The translations under genes were made by a program, and so were the position numbers. The notes beneath the pieces were generated by a model. The model was given only the letters and a program-made list of their open reading frames with translations, was not told the origin of the DNA and did not search any database. A stretch of 64,000 bases of DNA from Elusimicrobiota bacterium (GTDB lineage Bacteria; Elusimicrobiota; Elusimicrobia; UBA1565; UBA9628): assembly GCA_016234805.1 (NCBI GenBank), contig JACRNU010000055.1:14039-78038 (forward strand). Direction: 5' to 3'. The first letter of the stretch is position 1. Every line of letters begins with the position of its first letter. Below, one piece after another: positions 1 through 8,490 of this stretch.

Positions 1-996
1 CTGGAGAAAGGTTGCGCCGGAGCCGCCTCCGTCCCAGGGTTCGAGGCCTTCAAGAAGTCCCTGGAGAGCGCTTGCGTGTCCCGTCTGGCCGAAGCGGCCG
101 GAGCGGCCGAGGCCGACGTTCGCGGGCTGGCTGACGCTCTGGCCGGCGGCGGACCCATCGTATTCCTCTTCGGCGGGAACCTGGTCGGTCTTCCCCGCCC
201 TTTGCAGGGCGTGGCGCTCCTCTGGAACCTCGCGGTCCAGACCGGGGCGACGCTTTTGCCCCTCGCGGAGGAGAGCGACACGGCCGGCTCATGGCTGATC
301 CGGAGCAGGGCCAAGTCCCCGGCGCCGAGCCTGTCCGCCCTTTCCGAGTCCCTCGGGAAGGGAGACCTCAAGGCGCTCTACCTCGCCGGGCCCATGACGC
401 TGCCCGAGAAGCACGGCCTCGAGTTCCTCGTGGTGCAGGACAGCTTCCTGAACGCGGCCTGCGCCTGGGCGGACGCGGTCCTTCCGGCCGCGGCCTTCGC
501 CGAGGCCGAAGGCCACTTCGTCAACCTGGAAGGCTCGGTCCGTAAGTCCGAGAGGGCCGTGCCCCCGGCAGGAGAGTCCAAGCCGGACTGGTGGATCGCC
601 TCCGAACTCGCCAAGAGGATGGGCGCTCCGGGCTTCTCCTACGAGAACGCGGGCCAGATCAAGGCGCAGCTGGACAAGGAGGGCGTGCTGGCCCTGCCCG
701 CGCCCGGCGTTTCTGGCGCGGGCGTGCCGCCTCCGGTTGGAACGGGCAGCGGCCTGCCGGCCGAGGGCAAGAAGGCGTTCGTGCCCGCGTCTTTGCCCGC
801 GCCTTGCGTTTCTGGAGATTCTCCGGAGCATGCGGAGGCCCCTGTTTCCGGCGAGCAGGGCAGCGACCACTACCGGAGCCTGTCCCTCTGCCATGCGAGC
901 CCGGACCTGGCGCTCCTGCGCCGCAGCCGGCGGACCGGGGAGGCCCGGCCCGCCGCAAAGACCGCAGAGACCGTGACCGCGGGAGGCCGCCAATGA
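1..996 (+). CDS. Molybdopterin oxidoreductase family (FdhA/NuoG-like) subunit, 5'-truncated by window edge
   Basis: Frame open from base 1; motifs LEFLVVQDSF, ADAVLPAAAFAEAEGHFVNLEG, PPAGESKPDWWI; stop overlaps next ATG (ATGA). Confidence 0.8.
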   Translation: MEKGCAGAASVPGFEAFKKSLESACVSRLAEAAGAAEADVRGLADALAGGGPIVFLFGGNLVGLPRPLQGVALLWNLAVQTGATLLPLAEESDTAGSWLIRSRAKSPAPSLSALSESLGKGDLKALYLAGPMTLPEKHGLEFLVVQDSFLNAACAWADAVLPAAAFAEAEGHFVNLEGSVRKSERAVPPAGESKPDWWIASELAKRMGAPGFSYENAGQIKAQLDKEGVLALPAPGVSGAGVPPPVGTGSGLPAEGKKAFVPASLPAPCVSGDSPEHAEAPVSGEQGSDHYRSLSLCHASPDLALLRRSRRTGEARPAAKTAETVTAGGRQ

Positions 997-1895
997 ACAA
1001 GATCCTCAGACGCGAACGCCTGGTCCCGAACATCCACGTCCTGGAGGTCCACGCGCCCGAAGTCGCGGCCAAGTGCGTGCCCGGGCAGTTCGTCATGGTC
1101 ATGCCCGACGAGAAGGGCGAGCGCATCCCCCTGACCATCGGTGACTGGGACCGGGAGAAGGGCGCCGTGACGGTCGCGTTCATGGCCGTGGGGACCACGA
1201 CGCACAAGCTCGCCCTCATGTCCGCCGGAGACGAGCTGCCCGTCTTCGTGGGCCCGCTGGGCAAGCCCTCGGAGATCGGCAAGTTCGGCACCGTCCTCGT
1301 GGCCGGGGGGTGCTTCGGCATCGCGGCCATCCACCCCATCGCCCGCGCGCTGAAAGAGGCGGGCAACACGGTCGTGACCCTCATCGACGTCAAGGCGAAC
1401 TACCTCCTCTATTGGGAGGACAAGCTCCGCAAGGTCAGCGACTCCTTCTTCGTCTCGGCCCGGGACCACAAGTTCGGGACCACGCACTACGTCCAGGGCA
1501 AGATCAAGGAGCTTTTGGATGGAGGGCTGAAGGCGGACCGGGCCGTGGCCATCGGCTGCACCTATCTCATGTATTCGGCCTGCGAGGCGACCCGCGCCGC
1601 GGGCATCAAGACGACCGTGGCCCTCAACCCCATCATGGTCGACGGCACCGGCATGTGCGGCGCCTGCCGATGCGCGGTCGGGGGCAAGACCAAATTCGCC
1701 TGCGTGGACGGCCCGGACTTCGACGGTCATGCCGTGGATTGGACCGAGCTCTTCAGCCGCAGGAAGTCCTATCTCGACGACGAGATGAAATCCCTCTGCC
1801 ACTGGGAGCGCTCCCTGCTCGCGCCCGGCGTTTCTGGCGCGAGCGTGGCGCTTCCGCTTTCCACGGGAGGCGCCCAGCTGGCGCCGGGAGCGTGA
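993..1895 (+). CDS. nfnA: NfnA/SudB-type FAD/NAD-binding [2Fe-2S] subunit
   Basis: PGQFVMV..GERIPLTI, GPLGKPS, MVDGTGMCGACRC, FACVDGPDFDGH; ATG at 993 coupled to upstream stop. Confidence 0.9.
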   Translation: MNKILRRERLVPNIHVLEVHAPEVAAKCVPGQFVMVMPDEKGERIPLTIGDWDREKGAVTVAFMAVGTTTHKLALMSAGDELPVFVGPLGKPSEIGKFGTVLVAGGCFGIAAIHPIARALKEAGNTVVTLIDVKANYLLYWEDKLRKVSDSFFVSARDHKFGTTHYVQGKIKELLDGGLKADRAVAIGCTYLMYSACEATRAAGIKTTVALNPIMVDGTGMCGACRCAVGGKTKFACVDGPDFDGHAVDWTELFSRRKSYLDDEMKSLCHWERSLLAPGVSGASVALPLSTGGAQLAPGA

Positions 1896-1901
1896 GGCGC
1901 T

Positions 1902-3422
1902 ATGGCTGACGAAAAAAAAGAGCTTCCCCCTGACGACAAGGCAAGGCTGAAGGCCGAGTTCGACCTGGACTGGCGCAAGGACCTGCGCAAGTCCATGCCG
2001 GCCAAGGACCGCGTCAAGATCGAGCGCCAGAAGATGCCGGCCCGGCCCGCTTCGGTGCGCAACGCGGATTTCTTCGAGGTCAACTCGGGACTCTCCGCCG
2101 AGGCCGCGCTCCAGGAGGCCCGCCGCTGCCTCGACTGCCCCAACTCACCCTGCGTGCTCGGCTGTCCGGTGGCTATCGACATCCCCTCCTTCATCAAGCT
2201 CATCGAGAAGGGGGACTACGACGCCGCGGCCCGCAAGCTCAAGGAGACCAACAGCCTGCCCGCCATCTGCGGCCGGGTCTGCCCCCAGGAAAGCCAGTGC
2301 GAGGCCGTTTGCACCATGAAGAAAGCCTCGGGCGCGTCCGTGGCCATCGGCAACCTTGAGCGCTTCGCCGCGGACTACGAGCGCGAGAAGGGCAAGGTCC
2401 TCATCCCCAGGATCCCCCCCTCCACCGGCAAGAGGGTGGCCGTGTTCGGCGCGGGGCCCGCGGGCCTCACCGTGGCGGGCGACCTCGCCAAGGCCGGGCA
2501 CCAGGTCACGGTCTTCGAGGCCCTGCACACCGCCGGAGGCGTGCTCGTCTACGGCATCCCCGAGTTCCGCCTTCCGAAGAAGATCCTCGAGGCCGAGGTG
2601 GACTACCTCAGGAAGCTCGGCGTGGAGCTCAGGATGAACTATGTGGTGGGCCGTACCGCGACCCTGGAGGACCTCAAGGCCCAGGGCTTTTCGGCCTTCT
2701 TCATCGGCACCGGGGCCGGGCTGCCCAATTTCATGAAGATCCCGGGAGAGAACCTCGTGGGCGTTTATTCGGCCAACGAGTACCTCACCCGCGTCAACCT
2801 CATGAAGGCCTACGACTTCCCGAACTACGACACGCCCATGACCATCGGCAAGAAGGTGGCCGTGATCGGCGGCGGCAACGTGGCCATGGACTCGGTCCGC
2901 AACGCCAAGCGGCTCGGCGCGGATTGGGCCGCCATCATCTACCGCCGCTCCTCCGAGGAGATGCCGGCCCGCCTCGAGGAGATCCACCACGCCGAGGAGG
3001 AGGGCATCGAGTTCCACTACCTCCAGGCCCCGACCAAGTTCATCGGCGACGAGCACGGCCGCGTCAAGGCCATGGAGTGCCTCAAGATGGAGCTCGGCGA
3101 GCCCGACTCCTCCGGCCGTCGTCGGCCGGTGCCCATCAAGGGCTCGGAGTACGTCAAGGAGGTGGACCTCGTGGTCATGTCCATCGGCCAGAGCCCCAAC
3201 CCCTTGATCGGCCAGACCACGCCCGGGCTCAAGATGGGCAAGTGGGGCAACGTGGACGTGGATTGGAAGACCATGGCCACCAACATCCCGGGCGTGTGGG
3301 CCGGCGGGGACATCATCCGCGGCGGCGCCACCGTCATCCTCGCCATGGGCGACGCGCGCACCGCTGCCGCGGAGATGGACAAGTACCTCGCTAACCTGGG
3401 AAAGACGCCGCCTCAGGCCTGA
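1902..3422 (+). CDS. nfnB: NfnB/SudA (GltD-like) large subunit of NADH-dependent ferredoxin:NADP+ oxidoreductase
   Basis: EARRCLDC..PCVLGCPV, ICGRVCPQESQCE, GAGPAG, YGIPEFRLPK, GGGNVAMD, GGATVILAM; adjacent to nfnA. Confidence 0.9.
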   Translation: MADEKKELPPDDKARLKAEFDLDWRKDLRKSMPAKDRVKIERQKMPARPASVRNADFFEVNSGLSAEAALQEARRCLDCPNSPCVLGCPVAIDIPSFIKLIEKGDYDAAARKLKETNSLPAICGRVCPQESQCEAVCTMKKASGASVAIGNLERFAADYEREKGKVLIPRIPPSTGKRVAVFGAGPAGLTVAGDLAKAGHQVTVFEALHTAGGVLVYGIPEFRLPKKILEAEVDYLRKLGVELRMNYVVGRTATLEDLKAQGFSAFFIGTGAGLPNFMKIPGENLVGVYSANEYLTRVNLMKAYDFPNYDTPMTIGKKVAVIGGGNVAMDSVRNAKRLGADWAAIIYRRSSEEMPARLEEIHHAEEEGIEFHYLQAPTKFIGDEHGRVKAMECLKMELGEPDSSGRRRPVPIKGSEYVKEVDLVVMSIGQSPNPLIGQTTPGLKMGKWGNVDVDWKTMATNIPGVWAGGDIIRGGATVILAMGDARTAAAEMDKYLANLGKTPPQA

Positions 3423-3431
3423 CCGCGCCGG

Positions 3432-3896
3432 TCAGTTGTCCGGCCGCACGAACCGGTCGTACTCCCGCTCGAACCGTGCCCGGTGGTTGGCTTCCTCGCG
3501 GGCCAGGGACAGGAAGATGTCCTTGACCTCGGGCTCGGCCGCGGCGTCGGCCATGTCCATGTAGAGGTTGAACGCGGCCTTCTCCTTCTTCATGGCCAGG
3601 AGCAGGGCGTCCTGGAGGTCGAGGTCCCCCTCGGGCTCGGGCGGGGTGGCGTAGTCTTCGAGGTCGATGTCCCGGCTGATCTTGGCGCCGGACTTCAAGA
3701 GCTTCCTGCCGGACCGGATCTTCTCGAGCTTGAGCTTGTGGCGGCCTTCCTCGGCCGCGAGCGAGGAGAACATCTCCTTCAAGCCCGCCTGTCGCTGGCG
3801 GGAGGCCAGCAGGGTGTAGAAATCCACGGCCCTCTGTTCATTGTCGATGGCGAACTGCAGGACTTCCTCAACCTTCTCCCTCGTCGTGGTCGTCAT
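3432..3896 (-). CDS. Ferritin-like/rubrerythrin family protein
   Basis: AIDNEQRAVDFY, EEGRH, AMKKEKAAFNLY, EEANH diiron motifs; GGGGAGG RBS before ATG 3896. Confidence 0.85.
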   Translation of the reverse strand: MTTTTREKVEEVLQFAIDNEQRAVDFYTLLASRQRQAGLKEMFSSLAAEEGRHKLKLEKIRSGRKLLKSGAKISRDIDLEDYATPPEPEGDLDLQDALLLAMKKEKAAFNLYMDMADAAAEPEVKDIFLSLAREEANHRARFEREYDRFVRPDN

Positions 3897-4024
3897 GTCG
3901 GCCTCCCCAAAATGCACTCCCGGTCGGTGTATGATAGCATCTCGGTGATGGCCTGACCAAGTGCCACCTGGCTCCAGAGGCCCCCGCAGGAGCGCCGACT
4001 CCGACCATTTTGTATCATAACGCC

Positions 4025-5497
4025 ATGCGGCATGCCTCCCTTGCATTCCTGGCGTGGGCAGCCCCGGCTTTCGTCTGGGCCCAGGCTCCTGGGCGGTTCC
4101 CGGCCTGCGATCCCAAGGCCAAGACTCAGAAGATCGTGTTCGTCCATGTGTCGGATCTCCACGCCAACTTCAACCCCGGGCAGGACGGCGTCAGCCCCCT
4201 GGCGCGGCTGCGCGGCTACTTCGACCTGACGCTCTCTTCGGAGCCCTTCGCCATCTTCACCGACGGGGGAGACAGCCACGACAAGGGCTCGGTCGTAGAA
4301 CAGCTCTCCCGGGGCTGGGCGACCGACCGCATCGTCCGGTCCATGCGCTACGACGTGCGCACCATGGGCAACCACGATTTCGCCTGGGTTCCGGACGAGG
4401 CTTTCGCGATGTCCCGGGACACGGGGACCCTGGTGCTGGCGAGCAATCTGACCTACAAGGGCAAGGAACCCGGGCTCTGGGGCGCGTCGGATTACGGAGA
4501 ACTCCAGGTCGGGTGCGTGCGGGTCGGGTTTTTCGGCATGGTGGCCAGGTCCTGGACCCACCAGGATGAACCGTCCGAGGCTCCGTTCCACCCGGACCTC
4601 CTCTCCCGCCTCGAATACGTTGAACGCGCGCGGGAGCTCGTGTCCCGGCACCGCAAGGACGTCGGGCTCCTGGTGATGGTGAGCCATCTCGGCCTCGAAG
4701 CCGACGAGAAGATAGCCTCCCAGGTCCCGGGCATCGACCTCATCCTCGGGGCCCACACGCACGACATCCTATGGAAAGGCAGGCGCGTGGGAGACACGCT
4801 CCTGGTCCAGGCGGGCGAGGGGGCCAGGCTGGCCGCCCGGGTGGAGATCGCCTTCGACCTCGGGCTTTCCTCCGTGGCAGCATCCTCCTGCGCGCTGTTC
4901 CGCAACAGCCCCGGCAAGGCGCCCGCGGACAAGATCGTGCAGGCAGCGGTCGAAGCGGAACTCGCCCGGTACACACCGGACCTGAGCCGGGAGATCGCCT
5001 TCGTCAAAGAGAACAGGGATAAGAAACAGATCGCGGCTATCGCCGCGGCCGCGGCTCGCCAGGCCCTCGGCGTGGACGCGGCGCTCGTGGACGCCAAGAC
5101 CGCCTGGGCGGTCTGGACTCCGGGCGCAGTCGACCTCCAGGGCGTCTACTCTACTTTCAAGGTGGAGCGCCAGCCCCCGGGCACTCCCGGATTCTCGAGC
5201 TTCATGACCGCGGAAGTCAGCGGCCGGGACCTCATGCTCATCAGGGACAAGACAGACCAGGCGCGGTTCGTCTACTCGGGCCCCGGGGACCTCGTCCCCG
5301 GCCGGACCTACCGCCTCGCCCTGCAGAAGCGTCCTGCCCTGGCCCCGCAGCGGTGGCTTCCTCCGGGGGTCTCCCTCCGCCATCTTCGCCCCGCCGGAGA
5401 GGTCTGGGAAGCGCTCCACCGCTACGCCCGGGAACGGACGGCCGCCTGCCTCCACCTTGACACCGAAGACCGGCTGGGCCGCTGCGAAGCGAAGTAG
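4025..5497 (+). CDS. Secreted 5'-nucleotidase/UshA-like metallophosphoesterase
   Basis: Signal peptide; HVSDLH, DGGD, MGNHDF, SHLG, GAHTH motifs. Confidence 0.85.
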   Translation: MRHASLAFLAWAAPAFVWAQAPGRFPACDPKAKTQKIVFVHVSDLHANFNPGQDGVSPLARLRGYFDLTLSSEPFAIFTDGGDSHDKGSVVEQLSRGWATDRIVRSMRYDVRTMGNHDFAWVPDEAFAMSRDTGTLVLASNLTYKGKEPGLWGASDYGELQVGCVRVGFFGMVARSWTHQDEPSEAPFHPDLLSRLEYVERARELVSRHRKDVGLLVMVSHLGLEADEKIASQVPGIDLILGAHTHDILWKGRRVGDTLLVQAGEGARLAARVEIAFDLGLSSVAASSCALFRNSPGKAPADKIVQAAVEAELARYTPDLSREIAFVKENRDKKQIAAIAAAAARQALGVDAALVDAKTAWAVWTPGAVDLQGVYSTFKVERQPPGTPGFSSFMTAEVSGRDLMLIRDKTDQARFVYSGPGDLVPGRTYRLALQKRPALAPQRWLPPGVSLRHLRPAGEVWEALHRYARERTAACLHLDTEDRLGRCEAK

Positions 5498-5564
5498 GTG
5501 CCGGCATGTTAATTTGATATCATAACGCGCTTCCGCGCAAAGCGGGGCGATTGGGGGATTCCCG

Positions 5565-5957
5565 ATGGCTCGCATCCTGGTCGTGGACGACGAGAAGGAA
5601 GTCGTCTACATCATCAAGTTCGTCCTAGAGAAGGCCGGCCACACCGTTCTGACCGCCAACAACGGGGCCGAGGCCCTGGCCGTGCTCGGCGTGGAGCCGC
5701 CGGATCCCAACGCCCAGGTCCCGGACCTCGTGTTCCTCGACGTCATGATGCCCATCATGGACGGCCACACAGCGAGCGTGCGCATGCTGGCGGACAGCCG
5801 CACCGCCAAGCTTCCCATCATCATCGAGACCGCCTACGGCGACATGCTCCACCTCTTCGAAGGCGCGCCCAACATCGCGGGCTACCTCCAGAAGCCCTTC
5901 AACCCCAGGCAGATCAAAGAGCAGGTCGAAAAAGCCCTCTCCAAGCCCAAGGCCTAG
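5565..5957 (+). CDS. Single-domain response regulator (REC)
   Basis: ILVVDDE, LDVMMPIMDG, KPF. Confidence 0.9.
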   Translation: MARILVVDDEKEVVYIIKFVLEKAGHTVLTANNGAEALAVLGVEPPDPNAQVPDLVFLDVMMPIMDGHTASVRMLADSRTAKLPIIIETAYGDMLHLFEGAPNIAGYLQKPFNPRQIKEQVEKALSKPKA

Positions 5958-5969
5958 GACGCCCAGCTC

Positions 5970-7604
5970 ATGAGAAGGCTCCTGCTCGCCGCGGCCGCAG
6001 TCGTGTCTTGCGCCGCGGCCAGCCGCGCGGCAGTCATCACGGACAGCCAGCTCCCCGAGGACGCCGTTTCCGTCCAGGTCTCATCCTCGGCTCAGACATC
6101 CGCGGCTGGGACATCGGAGAAGCCCAAGACAAGCCTCTACTCCCTGGGCATGGAACAGCGCCGCAATGGCGACCTCCAGGCCGCCAGGAAGACCTTCGAG
6201 GCTATGCTGGCCGAGGATCCCGAGAGCGGCGGCGCCCTGGAAGGGCTGGGCCTCGTGACCCTGTCGCTCAAGGACTACGAGACCGCGCGGGAATGCTTCT
6301 CCAAATGGGCCAAGAAGAACCCGAAGAGCGCCTATGTGTGGTGGAACCTCAGCCGCGCGGACTCCGCGCTCGAGCGGGAGGACGACCTCGCGAACGACCT
6401 CAAGATGGCGGCCGAAGCGGATAAGCGCGACCTGCGCGTGTGGCGCAAGCTCGACGGGGTCATGGCCCGCAGGCCGTCGGTCCAGGCGGACGGCAAGATG
6501 TACAAGTCCATCGGCATCGAGTCGAACGATATCTCCAGTCCCCAGCGCATCGTGTACGCGGGCCGCTCGGGCTCGATCCGGGGCATCGCGGCCGTGCACC
6601 CCAAGGTGGACCTCCTCATGGGCTACACCCTGAGGGAGGACATCCAGAAGAACGACACCCGCGGGTTCACCTACTTCGACGTCCTCGAGCAGACCCCGTC
6701 CCTCGGCTTGCGGGTCAGGCCCATGAAGCGCCTGGACCTTGAGGCCGAGTACGGGCAGTCCTACTTCTCGGACGTGGAAAGCCTCGGCGTCGGCAGGCAG
6801 AACTTCGTGCGCGCCCGCGTCGCCGGGGAGTGGCGCCATCCCTGGGCCACCTTCAGGGCCAGGGGGACCCGGCTGCCCTACTACCTGCGCGGCGGCTTCG
6901 ACTCGACGTTCTTCAAGGTCCTGCGGGAACTCTCCGCCGGCGGCGAGATCGATAAGGACCTGCTCGGCGTCAACTGGCTCCTCAAGGGCGGGCACACCGG
7001 CTACTCGGACCGCACGAACCTGGTCACCTGGGGGCTCACCGGCATGAAGGAGTACGGCGACCACCTCCTGCGCGCCGGGTTCTCCAAGGGCTACGACGAA
7101 TACACCGGCGCCGGCGACCAGGGCCGCTCGCGCTTCGCGGGCTACGACGGCTGGAAGGTCTCCTACCGCTTTCTGCGCGAGGACTACTACCGGCTCGACC
7201 TGGGCTACGCCTACTACAACTACTACGACGCCAACAAGCTCAAGGACCTCTACGGAGGGGCCATCCTCTGGGTCCCGTTCGCCAGGTCCTTCTCGCTGGA
7301 GTACCGCGGCGAGGCCGCGGACTATCGCTCCCTCCAGTCGGGACGCCGCACCTCGGACTGGACCGAGCACTGGGCCGGCCCTCACTGGCGCAGGATGGTG
7401 GCGGACGGCTGGTGGGCGCACCTGGCCTGGGAACACGGCTGGCAGCGCGACTCCCGAGGGGGCTATGAAGGGGAGGCTTTCCTGGCCGAGACCGAGTGCT
7501 ACCGCACGGATCGCTTCTCCACGCAGGTCGGGGGCCGGGTGAGCCGCAACGCCATGCGTGACGAATCCTGGTCCCTAAAGCTCTCGGCCCGCTATTCTTT
7601 CTAA
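5970..7604 (+). CDS. TPR + probable outer-membrane beta-barrel protein (PgaA/YaiO-like EPS export)
   Basis: Signal peptide, N-terminal TPR helices, aromatic beta-strand C-terminal half ending LSARYSF (terminal Phe). Confidence 0.65.
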   Translation: MRRLLLAAAAVVSCAAASRAAVITDSQLPEDAVSVQVSSSAQTSAAGTSEKPKTSLYSLGMEQRRNGDLQAARKTFEAMLAEDPESGGALEGLGLVTLSLKDYETARECFSKWAKKNPKSAYVWWNLSRADSALEREDDLANDLKMAAEADKRDLRVWRKLDGVMARRPSVQADGKMYKSIGIESNDISSPQRIVYAGRSGSIRGIAAVHPKVDLLMGYTLREDIQKNDTRGFTYFDVLEQTPSLGLRVRPMKRLDLEAEYGQSYFSDVESLGVGRQNFVRARVAGEWRHPWATFRARGTRLPYYLRGGFDSTFFKVLRELSAGGEIDKDLLGVNWLLKGGHTGYSDRTNLVTWGLTGMKEYGDHLLRAGFSKGYDEYTGAGDQGRSRFAGYDGWKVSYRFLREDYYRLDLGYAYYNYYDANKLKDLYGGAILWVPFARSFSLEYRGEAADYRSLQSGRRTSDWTEHWAGPHWRRMVADGWWAHLAWEHGWQRDSRGGYEGEAFLAETECYRTDRFSTQVGGRVSRNAMRDESWSLKLSARYSF

Positions 7605-7605
7605 G

Positions 7606-8490
7606 ATGTTCCGCTTCGCCCCGCACCCCGGCCCCCGGGTCCGACTCGCCGCCCATCTGTCCGTCCTCGCGCTGGTATGGTGGACCGCTTCAGCCGCGAC
7701 GAGCCTCAGGCTCCCCCCCCTCGGGGCCGTTGAGGCGCGCTCCGTCGCGGACGCGTTCGAGGAGAACCGCCGCATCGGCGAGTTCCGCAAAGCCCTGGCT
7801 GGAGTGCGCAGGCTCCTGAAGTCCTACCCCGATCGGCCCGAGTACCTCCAGGCAGAGGCCGAACTGCTGACCCATCTCTCGGACCCGGCTGGCGCGGCCG
7901 CGTCTTGGGAGGCCTTCATGGCCGTGGCCCCCTTCCCCGCGGACGCCTGTCCCCATATAGGCAGCGCATACAGCGCGGCCAAGGCTCCTGAAAAATCCTT
8001 GGAGGCGCATCGACGCTGCTATGAATCCGATCCTTCCCAGGTGGACATGGCCATCTCGTACGCCAGAGCGCTCATGGACGCGAACAAGCTGTCCGAAGCG
8101 GAAAAGCTCTTCGAAGAAGCGATGGTGACCTGGCCCGACAACAAGGACCCCCGAATGGGCCTGCTCCAACTCCGATTCAAACAGGGCCGGACAGCTGAGG
8201 TAGAGGAGATCCTTGCCTTGATCCGCAAGTCCGGGGATCGGGATACCGATGCCTTATACATCGCGTATCGGCTGGCCAAGGACAGGGGGGATCGGGCGGC
8301 CGCGAAGGCGCACCTGCGCGAGGCCATCCAACTCTCCCCCTCCTACGAGGACCTCTACCGGAACCTGGCTGAGCTCCAGGAGGCGGACCGGGAGTGGCCC
8401 GCGGCATTGAAGACCTACAAGACCCTCTTGGAACTCGAGCCCGATAACGCCCGGGTCCGCAAGCGGATCCGCGAGCTGGAGGACCTGTGA
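7606..8490 (+). CDS. Tetratricopeptide repeat protein
   Basis: Repeated TPR-like helices (LELEPDNARV, AIQLSPSY); N-terminal hydrophobic segment. Confidence 0.8.
   Translation: MFRFAPHPGPRVRLAAHLSVLALVWWTASAATSLRLPPLGAVEARSVADAFEENRRIGEFRKALAGVRRLLKSYPDRPEYLQAEAELLTHLSDPAGAAASWEAFMAVAPFPADACPHIGSAYSAAKAPEKSLEAHRRCYESDPSQVDMAISYARALMDANKLSEAEKLFEEAMVTWPDNKDPRMGLLQLRFKQGRTAEVEEILALIRKSGDRDTDALYIAYRLAKDRGDRAAAKAHLREAIQLSPSYEDLYRNLAELQEADREWPAALKTYKTLLELEPDNARVRKRIRELEDL

Noticed and set aside
591-992. Long N-terminal extension of the 591..1895 ORF (similar cases at 27758, 29431, 40356, 53294, 55435)
   Set aside because: Shadow frame over the upstream gene; the conserved protein begins at a downstream ATG overlapping the previous gene's end
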